64,000 nucleotides of DNA, taken from positions 41,602,001 through 41,666,000 of the forward strand of contig OZ024747.1 of assembly GCA_964016885.1 (NCBI GenBank). Reading direction: 5' to 3'. The translations under genes and the position numbers were made by a program. Position 1 is the first letter of the stretch; each line of letters opens with the position of its first letter. Below, piece by piece: positions 52,601 to 64,000 of the stretch. The notes beneath the pieces are model-generated. The model did not search any database and was not told the DNA's origin. It saw nothing but the letters and a program-made list of their open reading frames with translations. The stretch comes from Eledone cirrhosa (lineage: Eukaryota).

Positions 52601-55600
52601 AAGGTGGTAGTGTTGGTGCCACAATGAAAAACCCCCAGTCCACCCTGTAAGGTGGTAGTGTTGGTACCACAATGAAAAACACTCAGTCCACCCTGTAAGG
52701 TGGTAGTGTTGGTGCCACAATGAAAACCCCCCAGTCCACCCTGTAAGGTGGTAGTGTTGGTACCACAATGAAAAACACTCAGTCCACCCTGTAAGGTGGT
52801 AGTGTTGGTACCACAATGAAAAACACTCAGTCCACCCTGTAAGGTGGTAGTGTTGGTGCCACAATGAAAAACCCCCAGTCCACCCTGTAAGGTGGTAGTG
52901 TTGGTACCACAATGAAAATCACTGTCCACCCTGTAAGGTGGTAGTGTTGGTGCCACAATGAAAAACACTCAGTCCACCCTGTAAGGTGGTAGTGTTGGTA
53001 CCACAATGAAAAACAGCCAGTCCACCCTGTAAGGTGGTAGTGTTGGTGCCACAATGAAAAACACTCAGTCCACCCTGTAAGGTGGTAGTGTTGGTGCCAC
53101 AATGAAAAACCCCCAGTCCACCCTGTAAGGTGGTAGTGTTGGTGCCACAATGAAAAACAGCCAGTCCACCCTGTAAGGTGGTAGTGTTGGTGCCACAATG
53201 AAAAACCCCCAGTCCACCCTGTAAGGTGGTAGTGTTGGTGCCACAATGAAAAACACTCAGTCCACCCTGTAAGGTGGTAGTGTTTGTGCCACAATGAAAA
53301 ACCCCCAGTCCACCCTGTAAGGTGGTAGTGTTGGTGCCACAATGAAAAACACCCAGTCAACCCTGTAAGGTGGTAGTGTTGGTGCCACAATGAAAAACAG
53401 CCAGTCCACCCTGTAAGGTGGTAGTGTTGGTGCCACAATTAAAAACAGCCAGTCAACCCTGTAAGGTGGTAGTGTTGGTGCCACAATGAAAAACAGCCAG
53501 TCCACCCTGTAAGGTGGTAGTGTTGGTACCACAATGAAAAACCCCCAGTCCACCCTGTAAGGTGGTAGTGTTGGTACCACAATGAAAAACCCCCAGTCCA
53601 CCCTGTAAGGTGGTTGTGCTGGTACCACAATGAAAAACAGCCAGTCAACCCTGTAAGGTGGTAGTGTTGGTGCCACAATGAAAAACAGCCAGTCCACCCT
53701 GTAAGGTGGTAGTGTTGGTGCCACAATGAAAAACAGCCAGTCCACCCTGTAAGGTGGTAGTGTTGGTGCCACAATGTAAAACACCCAGTCCACCCTGTAA
53801 GGTGGTAGTGTTGGTACCACAATGAAAAACAGCCAGTCAACCCTGTAAGGTGGTAGTGTTGGTGCCACAATGAAAAACAGCCAGCCCACCCTGTAAGGTG
53901 GTAGTGTTGGTACCACAATGAAAAACCCCCAGTCCACCCTGTAAGGTGGTAGTGTTGGTGCCACAGCGAAAAACACCCAGTCAACTCTGTAGCTGGTAGT
54001 GTTGGTGCCACAATGTAAAACACCCAGTCCACCCTGTAAGGTGGTAGTGTTGGTACCACAATGAAAAACAGCCAGTCAACCCTGTAAGGTGGTAGTGTTG
54101 GTGCCACAATGAAAAACAGCCAGTCCACCCTGTAAGGTGGTAGTGTTGGTGCCACAACGAAAAACACCCAGTCAACTCTGTAGCTGGTAGTGTTAGTGCC
54201 ACAATGTAAAACACCCAGTCCACCCTGTAAGGTGGTAGTGTTGGTGCCACAATGAAAAACCCCCAGTCCACCCTGTAAGGTGGTAGTGTTGGTGCCAGAA
54301 TGAAAAACCCCCAGTCCACCCTGTAAGGTGGTAGTGTTGGTACCACAATGAAAAACACTCAGTCCACCCTGTAAGGTGGTAGTGTTGGTGCCACAATGAA
54401 AAACCCCCAGTCCACCCTGTAAGGTGGTAGTGTTGGTGCCACAATGTAAAACACCCAGTCCACCCTGTAAGGTGGTAGTGTTGGTACCACAATGAAAAAC
54501 AGCCAGTCAACCCTGTAAGGTGGTAGTGTTGGTGCCACAATGAAAAACAGCCAGCCCACCCTGTAAGGTGGTAGTGTTGGTGCCACAATGTAAAACACCC
54601 AGTCCACCCTGTAAGGTGGTAGTGTTGGTCCCACAATGAAAAACCCCCAGTCCACCCTGTAAGGTGGTAGTGTTGGTGCCACAATGAAAAACCCCCAGTC
54701 CACCCTGTAAGGTGGTAGTGTTGGTGCCACAACGAAAAAACCCCAGTCAACTCTGTAGCGGGTAGTGTTAGTGCCACTATGTAAAACACCCAGTCCACCC
54801 TGTAAGGTGGTAGTGTTGGTGCCACAATGAAAAACCCCCAGTCCAACCTGTAAGGTGGTAGTGTTGGTGCCACAATGAAAAACAGCCAGTCAACCCTGTA
54901 AGGTGGTAGTGTTGGTGCCACAATGAAAAACAGCCAGTCCACCCTGTAAGGTGGTAGTGTTGGTACCACAATGAAAAACAGCCAGTCCACCCTGTAAGGT
55001 GGTAGTGTTGGTGCCACAATGTAAAACACCCAGTCCACCCTGTAAGGTGGTAGTGTTGGTGCCACAATGAAAAACCCCCAACCACCCTGTAAGGTGGTAG
55101 TGTTGGTGCCACAATGAAAAACCCCCAGTCCACCCTGTAAGGTGGTAGTGTTGGTGCCACAACAAAAAAACCCCAGTCAACTCTGTAGCTGGTAGTGTTA
55201 GTGCCACAATGTAAAACACCCAGTCCACCCTGTAAGGTGGTAGTGTTGGTGCCACAATGAAAAACCCCCATTCCACCCTGTAAGGTGGTAGTGTTGGTGC
55301 CACAATGAAAAACCCCCAGTCCACCCTGTAAGGTGGTAGTGTTGGTACCACAATGAAAAACACTCAGTCCACCCTGTAAGGTGGTAGTGTTGGTGCCACA
55401 ATGAAAACCCCCCAGTCCACCCTGTAAGGTGGTAGTGTTGGTACCACAATGAAAAACACTCAGTCCACCCTGTAAGGTGGTAGTGTTGGTACCACAATGA
55501 AAAACACTCAGTCCACCCTGTAAGGTGGTAGTGTTGGTGCCACAATGAAAAACCCCCAGTCCACCCTGTAAGGTGGTAGTGTTGGTACCACAATGAAAAT

Positions 55601-58600
55601 CACTGTCCACCCTGTAAGGTGGTAGTGTTGGTGCCACAATGAAAAACACTCAGTCCACCCTGTAAGGTGGTAGTGTTGGTACCACAATGAAAAACAGCCA
55701 GTCCACCCTGTAAGGTGGTAGTGTTGGTGCCACAATGAAAAACACTCAGTCCACCCTGTAAGGTGGTAGTGTTGGTGCCACAATGAAAAACCCCCAGTCC
55801 ACCCTGTAAGGTGGTAGTGTTGGTGCCACAATGAAAAACAGCCAGTCCACCCTGTAAGGTGGTAGTGTTGGTGCCACAATGAAAAACCCCCAGTCCACCC
55901 TGTAAGGTGGTAGTGTTGGTGCCACAATGAAAAACACTCAGTCCACCCTGTAAGGTGGTAGTGTTTGTGCCACAATGAAAAACCCCCAGTCCACCCTGTA
56001 AGGTGGTAGTGTTGGTGCCACAATGAAAAACACCCAGTCAACCCTGTAAGGTGGTAGTGTTGGTGCCACAATGAAAAACAGCCAGTCCACCCTGTAAGGT
56101 GGTAGTGTTGGTGCCACAATTAAAAACAGCCAGTCAACCCTGTAAGGTGGTAGTGTTGGTGCCACAATGAAAAACAGCCAGTCCACCCTGTAAGGTGGTA
56201 GTGTTGGTACCACAATGAAAAACCCCCAGTCCACCCTGTAAGGTGGTAGTGTTGGTACCACAATGAAAAACCCCCAGTCCACCCTGTAAGGTGGTTGTGC
56301 TGGTACCACAATGAAAAACAGCCAGTCAACCCTGTAAGGTGGTAGTGTTGGTGCCACAATGAAAAACAGCCAGTCCACCCTGTAAGGTGGTAGTGTTGGT
56401 GCCACAATGAAAAACAGCCAGTCCACCCTGTAAGGTGGTAGTGTTGGTGCCACAATGTAAAACACCCAGTCCACCCTGTAAGGTGGTAGTGTTGGTACCA
56501 CAATGAAAAACAGCCAGTCAACCCTGTAAGGTGGTAGTGTTGGTGCCACAATGAAAAACAGCCAGCCCACCCTGTAAGGTGGTAGTGTTGGTACCACAAT
56601 GAAAAACCCCCAGTCCACCCTGTAAGGTGGTAGTGTTGGTGCCACAGCGAAAAACACCCAGTCAACTCTGTAGCTGGTAGTGTTGGTGCCACAATGTAAA
56701 ACACCCAGTCCACCCTGTAAGGTGGTAGTGTTGGTACCACAATGAAAAACAGCCAGTCAACCCTGTAAGGTGGTAGTGTTGGTGCCACAATGAAAAACAG
56801 CCAGTCCACCCTGTAAGGTGGTAGTGTTGGTGCCACAACGAAAAACACCCAGTCAACTCTGTAGCTGGTAGTGTTAGTGCCACAATGTAAAACACCCAGT
56901 CCACCCTGTAAGGTGGTAGTGTTGGTGCCACAATGAAAAACCCCCAGTCCACCCTGTTAGGTGGTAGTGTTGGTGCCAGAATGAAAAACCCCCAGTCCAC
57001 CCTGTAAGGTGGTAGTGTTGGTACCACAATGAAAAACACTCAGTCCACCCTGTAAGGTGGTAGTGTTGGTGCCACAATGAAAAACCCCCAGTCCACCCTG
57101 TAAGGTGGTAGTGTTGGTGCCACAATGAAAAACCCCCAGTCCACCCTGTAAGGTGGTAGTGTTGGTACCACAATGAAAAACAGCCAGTCCACCCTGTAAG
57201 GTGGTAATGTTGGTGCCACAATGAAAAACACCCAGTCAACCCTGTAAGGTGGTAGTATTGGTGCCACAATGAAAAACAGCCAGTCAACCCTGTAAGGTGG
57301 TAGTGTTGGTGCCACAATGAAAAACAGCCAGTCCACCCTGTAAGGTGGTAGTGTTGGTACCACAATGAAAAACAGCCAGTCCACCCTGTAAGGTGGTAGT
57401 GTTGGTGCCACAATGTAAAACACCCAGTCCACCCTGTAAGGTGGTAGTGTTGGTACCACAATGAAAAACAGCCAATCAACCCTGTAAGGTGGTAGTGTTG
57501 GTGCCACAATGAAAAACAGCCAGTCCACCCTGTAAGGTGGTAGTGTTGGTGCCACAATGAAAAACAGCCAGTCCACCCTGTAAGGTGGTAGTGTTGGTAC
57601 CACAATGAAAAACAGCCAGTCCACCCTGTAAGGTGGTAGTGTTGGTGCCACAATGTAAAACACCCAGTCCACCCTGTAAGGTGGTAGTGTTGGTGCCACA
57701 ATGAAAAACCCCCAGTCCACCCTGTAAGGTGGTAGTGTTGGTGCCACAATGAAAAACCCCCAGTCCACCCTGTAAGGTGGTAGTGTTGGTGCCACAACGA
57801 AAAAACCCCAGTCAACTCTGTAGCTGGTAGTGTTAGTGCCACGATGTAAAACACCCAGTCCACCCTGTAAGGTGGTAGTGTTGGTGCCACAATGAAAAAC
57901 CCCCAGTCCAACCTGTAAGGTGGTAGTGTTGGTGCCACAATGAAAAACAGCCAGTCAACCCTGTAAGGTGGTAGTGTTGGTGCCACAATGAAAAACAGCC
58001 AGTCCACCCTGTAAGGTGGTAGTGTTGGTGCCACAATGAAAAACAGCCAGTCCACCCTGTAAGGTGGTAGTGTTGGTACCACAATGAAAAACAGCCAGTC
58101 CACCCTGTAAGGTGGTAGTGTTGGTGCCACAATGTAAAACACCCAGTCCACCCTGTAAGGTGGTAGTGTTGGTGCCACAATGAAAAACCCCCAGTCCACC
58201 CTGTAAGGTGGTAGTGTTGGTGCCACAATGAAAAACCCCCAGTCCACCCTGTAAGGTGGTAGTGTTGGTGCCACAACAAAAAAACCCCAGTCAACTCTGT
58301 AGCTGGTAGTGTTAGTGCCACAATGTAAAACACCCAGTCCACCCTGTAAGGTGGTAGTGTTGGTGCCACAATGAAAAACCCCCATTCCACCCTGTAAGGT
58401 GGTAGTGTTGGTGCCACAATGAAAAACCCCCAGTCCACCCTGTAAGGTGGTAGTGTTGGTACCACAATGAAAAACACTCAGTCCACCCTGTAAGGTGGTA
58501 GTGTTGGTGCCACAATGAAAACCCCCCAGTCCACCCTGTAAGGTGGTAGTGTTGGTGCCACAATGAAAAACCCCCAGTCCACCCTGTAAGGTGGTAGTGT

Positions 58601-61600
58601 TGGTACCACAATGAAAAACACTCAGTCCACCCTGTAAGGTGGTAGTGTTGGTACCACAATGAAAAACACTCAGTCCACCCTGTAAGGTGGTAGTGTTGGT
58701 GCCACAATGAAAAACCCCCAGTCCACCCTGTAAGGTGGTAGTGTTGGTACCACAATGAAAATCACTGTCCACCCTGTAAGGTGGTAGTGTTGGTGCCACA
58801 ATGAAAAACACTCAGTCCACCCTGTAAGGTGGTAGTGTTGGTACCACAATGAAAAACAGCCAGTCCACCCTGTAAGGTGGTAGTGTTGGTGCCACAATGA
58901 AAAACACTCAGTCCACCCTGTAAGGTGGTAGTGTTGGTGCCACAATGAAAAACCCCCAGTCCACCCTGTAAGGTGGTAGTGTTGGTGCCACAATGAAAAA
59001 CAGCCAGTCCACCCTGTAAGGTGGTAGTGTTGGTGCCACAATGAAAAACCCCCAGTCCACCCTGTAAGGTGGTAGTGTTGGTGCCACAATGAAAAACACT
59101 CAGTCCACCCTGTAAGGTGGTAGTGTTGGTGCCACAATGAAAAACCCCCAGTCCACCCTGTAAGGTGGTAGTGTTGGTGCCACAATGAAAAACACCCAGT
59201 CAACCCTGTAAGGTGGTAGTGTTGGTGCCACAATGAAAAACAGCCAGTCCACCCTGTAAGGTGGTAGTGTTGGTGCCACAATTAAAAACAGCCAGTCAAC
59301 CCTGTAAGGTGGTAGTGTTGGTGCCACAATGTAAAACACCCAGTCCACCCTGTAAGGTGGTAGTGTTGGTACCACAATGAAAAACAGCCAGTCAACCCTG
59401 TAAGGTGGTAGTGTTGGTGCCACAATGAAAAACAGCCAGTCCACCCTGTAAGGTGGTAGTGTTGGTGCCACAACGAAAAACACCCAGTCAACTCTGTAGC
59501 TGGTAGTGTTGGTGCCACAATGAAAAACACCCAGTCCACCCTGTAAGGTGGTAGTGTTGGTACCACAATGAAAAACAGCCAGTCCACCCTGTAAGGTGGT
59601 AGTATTGGTGCCACAATGAAAAACACCCAGTCAACCCTGTAAGGTGGTAGTGTTGGTGCCACAATGAAAAACAGCCAGTCCACCCTGTAAGGTGGTAGTG
59701 TTGGTGCCACAATGAAAAACAGCCAGTCCACCCTGTAAGGTGGTAGTGTTGGTACCACAATGAAAAACAGCCAGTCCACCCTGTAAGGTGGTAGTGTTGG
59801 TGCCACAATGAAAAACCCCCAGTCCACCCTGTAAGGTGGTAGTGTTGGTGCCACAATGAAAAACAGCCAGTCCACCCTGTAAGGTGGTAGTGTTGGTGCC
59901 ACAATGAAAAACAGCCAGTCCACCCTGTAAGGTGGTAGTGTTGGTGCCACAATTAAAAACAGCCAGTCAACCCTGTAAGGTGGTAGTGTTGGTGCCACAA
60001 TGAAAAACAGCCAGTCCACCCTGTAAGGTGGTAGTGTTGGTACCACAATGAAAAACCCCCAGTCCACCCTGTAAGGTGGTAGTGTTGGTACCACAATGAA
60101 AAACCCCCAGTCCACCCTGTAAGGTGGTTGTGCTGGTACCACAATGAAAAACAGCCAGTCAACCCTGTAAGGTGGTAGTGTTGGTGCCACAATGAAAAAC
60201 AGCCAGTCCACCCTGTAAGGTGGTAGTGTTGGTGCCACAATGAAAAACAGCCAGTCCACCCTGTAAGGTGGTAGTGTTGGTGCCACAATGTAAAACACCC
60301 AGTCCACCCTGTAAGGTGGTAGTGTTGGTACCACAATGAAAAACAGCCAGTCAACCCTGTAAGGTGGTAGTGTTGGTGCCACAATGAAAAACAGCCAGCC
60401 CACCCTGTAAGGTGGTAGTGTTGGTACCACAATGAAAAACCCCCAGTCCACCCTGTAAGGTGGTAGTGTTGGTGCCACAGCGAAAAACACCCAGTCAACT
60501 CTGTAGCTGGTAGTGTTGGTGCCACAATGTAAAACACCCAGTCCACCCTGTAAGGTGGTAGTGTTGGTACCACAATGAAAAACAGCCAGTCAACCCTGTA
60601 AGGTGGTAGTGTTGGTGCCACAATGAAAAACAGCCAGTCCACCCTGTAAGGTGGTAGTGTTGGTGCCACAACGAAAAACACCCAGTCAACTCTGTAGCTG
60701 GTAGTGTTGGTGCCACAATGAAAAACACCCAGTCCACCCTGTAAGGTGGTAGTGTTGGTACCACAATGAAAAACAGCCAGTCCACCCTGTAAGGTGGTAG
60801 TATTGGTGCCACAATGAAAAACACCCAGTCAACCCTGTAAGGTGGTAGTGTTGGTGCCACAATGAAAAACAGCCAGTCCACCCTGTAAGGTGGTAGTGTT
60901 GGTGCCACAATGAAAAACAGCCAGTCCACCCTGTAAGGTGGTAGTGTTGGTACCACAATGAAAAACAGCCAGTCCACCCTGTAAGGTGGTAGTGTTGGTG
61001 CCACAATGAAAAACCCCCAGTCCACCCTGTAAGGTGGTAGTGTTGGTGCCACAATGAAAAACAGCCAGTCCACCCTGTAAGGTGGTAGTGTTGGTGCCAC
61101 AATGAAAAACAGCCAGTCCACCCTGTAAGGTGGTAGTGTTGGTGCCACAATTAAAAACAGCCAGTCAACCCTGTAAGGTGGTAGTGTTGGTGCCACAATG
61201 AAAAACAGCCAGTCCACCCTGTAAGGTGGTAGTGTTGGTACCACAATGAAAAACCCCCAGTCCACCCTGTAAGGTGGTTGTGCTGGTACCACAATGAAAA
61301 ACAGCCAGTCAACCCTGTAAGGTGGTAGTGTTGGTGCCACAATGAAAAACAGCCAGTCCACCCTGTAAGGTGGTAGTGTTGGTGCCACAATGAAAAACAG
61401 CCAGTCCACCCTGTAAGGTGGTAGTGTTGGTGCCACAATGTAAAACACCCAGTCCACCCTGTAAGGTGGTAGTGTTGGTACCACAATGAAAAACAGCCAG
61501 TCAACCCTGTAAGGTGGTAGTGTTGGTGCCACAATGAAAAACAGCCAGCCCACCCTGTAAGGTGGTAGTGTTGGTACCACAATGAAAAACCCCCAGTCCA

Positions 61601-64000
61601 CCCTGTAAGGTGGTAGTGTTGGTGCCACAGCGAAAAACACCCAGTCAACTCTGTAGCTGGTAGTGTTGGTGCCACAATGAAAAACACCCAGTCCACCCTG
61701 TAAGGTGGTAGTGTTGGTACCACAATGAAAAACAGCCAGTCCACCCTGTAAGGTGGTAGTATTGGTGCCACAATGAAAAACACCCAGTCAACCCTGTAAG
61801 GTGGTAGTGTTGGTGCCACAATGAAAAACAGCCAGTCCACCCTGTAAGGTGGTAGTGTTGGTGCCACAATGAAAAACAGCCAGTCCACCCTGTAAGGTGG
61901 TAGTGTTGGTACCACAATGAAAAACAGCCAGTCCACCCTGTAAGGTGGTAGTGTTGGTGCCACAATGAAAAACCCCCAGTCCACCCTGTAAGGTGGTAGT
62001 GTTGGTGCCACAATGAAAAACAGCCAGTCCACCCTGTAAGGTGGTAGTGTTGGTGCCACAATGAAAAACAGCCAGTCCACCCTGTAAGGTGGTAGTGTTG
62101 GTGCCACAATTAAAAACAGCCAGTCAACCCTGTAAGGTGGTAGTGTTGGTGCCACAATGAAAAACAGCCAGTCCACCCTGTAAGGTGGTAGTGTTGGTAC
62201 CACAATGAAAAACCCCCAGTCCACCCTGTAAGGTGGTAGTGTTGGTACCACAATGAAAAACCCCCAGTCCACCCTGTAAGGTGGTTGTGCTGGTACCACA
62301 ATGAAAAACAGCCAGTCAACCCTGTAAGGTGGTAGTGTTGGTGCCACAATGAAAAACAGCCAGTCCACCCTGTAAGGTGGTAGTGTTGGTGCCACAATGA
62401 AAAACAGCCAGTCCACCCTGTAAGGTGGTAGTGTTGGTGCCACAATGTAAAACACCCAGTCCACCCTGTAAGGTGGTAGTGTTGGTACCACAATGAAAAA
62501 CAGCCAGTCAACCCTGTAAGGTGGTAGTGTTGGTGCCACAATGAAAAACAGCCAGCCCACCCTGTAAGGTGGTAGTGTTGGTACCACAATGAAAAACCCC
62601 CAGTCCACCCTGTAAGGTGGTAGTGTTGGTGCCACAGCGAAAAACACCCAGTCAACTCTGTAGCTGGTAGTGTTGGTGCCACAATGTAAAACACCCAGTC
62701 CACCCTGTAAGGTGGTAGTGTTGGTACCACAATGAAAAACAGCCAGTCAACCCTGTAAGGTGGTAGTGTTGGTGCCACAATGAAAAACAGCCAGTCCACC
62801 CTGTAAGGTGGTAGTGTTGGTGCCACAACGAAAAACACCCAGTCAACTCTGTAGCTGGTAGTGTTGGTGCCACAATGAAAAACACCCAGTCCACCCTGTA
62901 AGGTGGTAGTGTTGGTACCACAATGAAAAACAGCCAGTCCACCCTGTAAGGTGGTAGTATTGGTGCCACAATGAAAAACACCCAGTCAACCCTGTAAGGT
63001 GGTAGTGTTGGTGCCACAATGAAAAACAGCCAGTCCACCCTGTAAGGTGGTAGTGTTGGTGCCACAATGAAAAACAGCCAGTCCACCCTGTAAGGTGGTA
63101 GTGTTGGTACCACAATGAAAAACAGCCAGTCCACCCTGTAAGGTGGTAGTGTTGGTGCCACAATGAAAAACCCCCAGTCCACCCTGTAAGGTGGTAGTGT
63201 TGGTGCCACAATGAAAAACAGCCAGTCCACCCTGTAAGGTGGTAGTGTTGGTGCCACAATGTAAAACACCCAGTCCACCCTGTAAGGTGGTAGTGTTGGT
63301 GCCACAATGAAAAACCCCCAGTCCACCCTGTAAGGTGGTAGTGTTGGTACCACAATGAAAAACACTCAGTCCACCCTGTAAGGTGGTAGTGTTGGTACCA
63401 CAATGAAAAACACTCAGTCCACCCTGTAAAGTGGTAGTGTTGGTGCCACAATGAAAAACCCCCAGTCCACCCTGTAAGGTGGTAGTGTTGGTACCACAAT
63501 GAAAATCACTGTCCACCCTGTAAGGTGGTAGTGTTGGTGCCACAATGAAAAACACTCAGTCCACCCTGTAAGGTGGTAGTGTTGGTACCACAATGAAAAA
63601 CAGCCAGTCCACCCTGTAAGGTGGTAGTGTTGGTGCCACAATGAAAAACACTCAGTCCACCCTGTAAGGTGGTAGTGTTGGTGCCACAATGAAAAACCCC
63701 CAGCCCACCCTGTAAGGTGGTAGTGTTGGTGCCACAATGAAAAACAGCCAGTCCACCCTGTAAGGTGGTAGTGTTGGTGCCACAATGAAAAACCCCCAGT
63801 CCACCCTGTAAGGTGGTAGTGTTGGTGCCACAATGAAAAACACTCAGTCCACCCTGTAAGGTGGTAGTGTTGGTGCCACAATGAAAAACCCCCAGTCCAC
63901 CCTGTAAGGTGGTAGTGTTGGTGCCACAATGAAAAACACCCAGTCAACCCTGTAAGGTGGTAGTGTTGGTGCCACAATGAAAAACAGCCAGTCCACCCTG
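28602..64000. repeat. 48-bp satellite array, over 35 kb, running off the window end
   Basis: Consensus CTGTAAGGTGGTAGTGTTGGTRCCACAATGAAAAAC(CCC/AGC/ACC/ACT)CAGTCCACC repeats head-to-tail without interruption. Minor 47-bp (CAACTCTGTAGCTGG) and 46-bp (CACTGTCC) monomers occur. Length/48 gives about 740 units. Confidence 0.99.

Noticed and set aside
28560-63977. Dozens of long minus-strand ORFs (VAPTLPPYRVDW..., WHQHYHLTGWTG..., HCGTNTTTLQGG...) as a repetitive protein gene
   Set aside because: The 48-nt period is a multiple of 3 and the minus strand of the common monomers lacks stops in all three frames. The 46- and 47-bp units shift frame freely, and there is no unique N- or C-terminal domain.
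28602-64000. CRISPR-like array
   Set aside because: There are no unique spacers (only about 3 variable nt from a small set) and no cas genes, and the context is eukaryotic.
28602-64000. Centromeric or telomeric identity of the array
   Set aside because: No TTAGGG-type repeat is present, and centromere function cannot be read from sequence; CENP-A data would be needed.

Overview
AT-rich metazoan DNA that is almost all non-coding. The repeat content resembles a cephalopod (octopus-like) genome, but that is an inference. The only host coding sequence I can support is one 134-nt internal exon (19119-19252, +) of a SMAP1/2-type ArfGAP gene, so the rest is probably intron. Bases 1-28600 are a nested mosaic of RTE, CR1 and RLE-type non-LTR retrotransposon fragments, tRNA-derived SINEs, two non-autonomous Helitrons, several MITEs, two Penelope-type hammerhead motifs and micro/minisatellites. 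From about 28602 to the window end there is one uninterrupted 48-bp satellite (over 35 kb, about 740 monomers) with nested higher-order duplications. Its monomer is homologous to a 48-50-bp subrepeat in the 3' UTR of RTE LINEs in this same window, so the array looks like a hugely expanded retrotransposon 3'-UTR module inside a gene intron. A 5'-inverted (twin-priming-type) RTE insertion at 11.5-12.4 kb is also notable. The many long ORFs over the array are artefacts of its 48-nt period.
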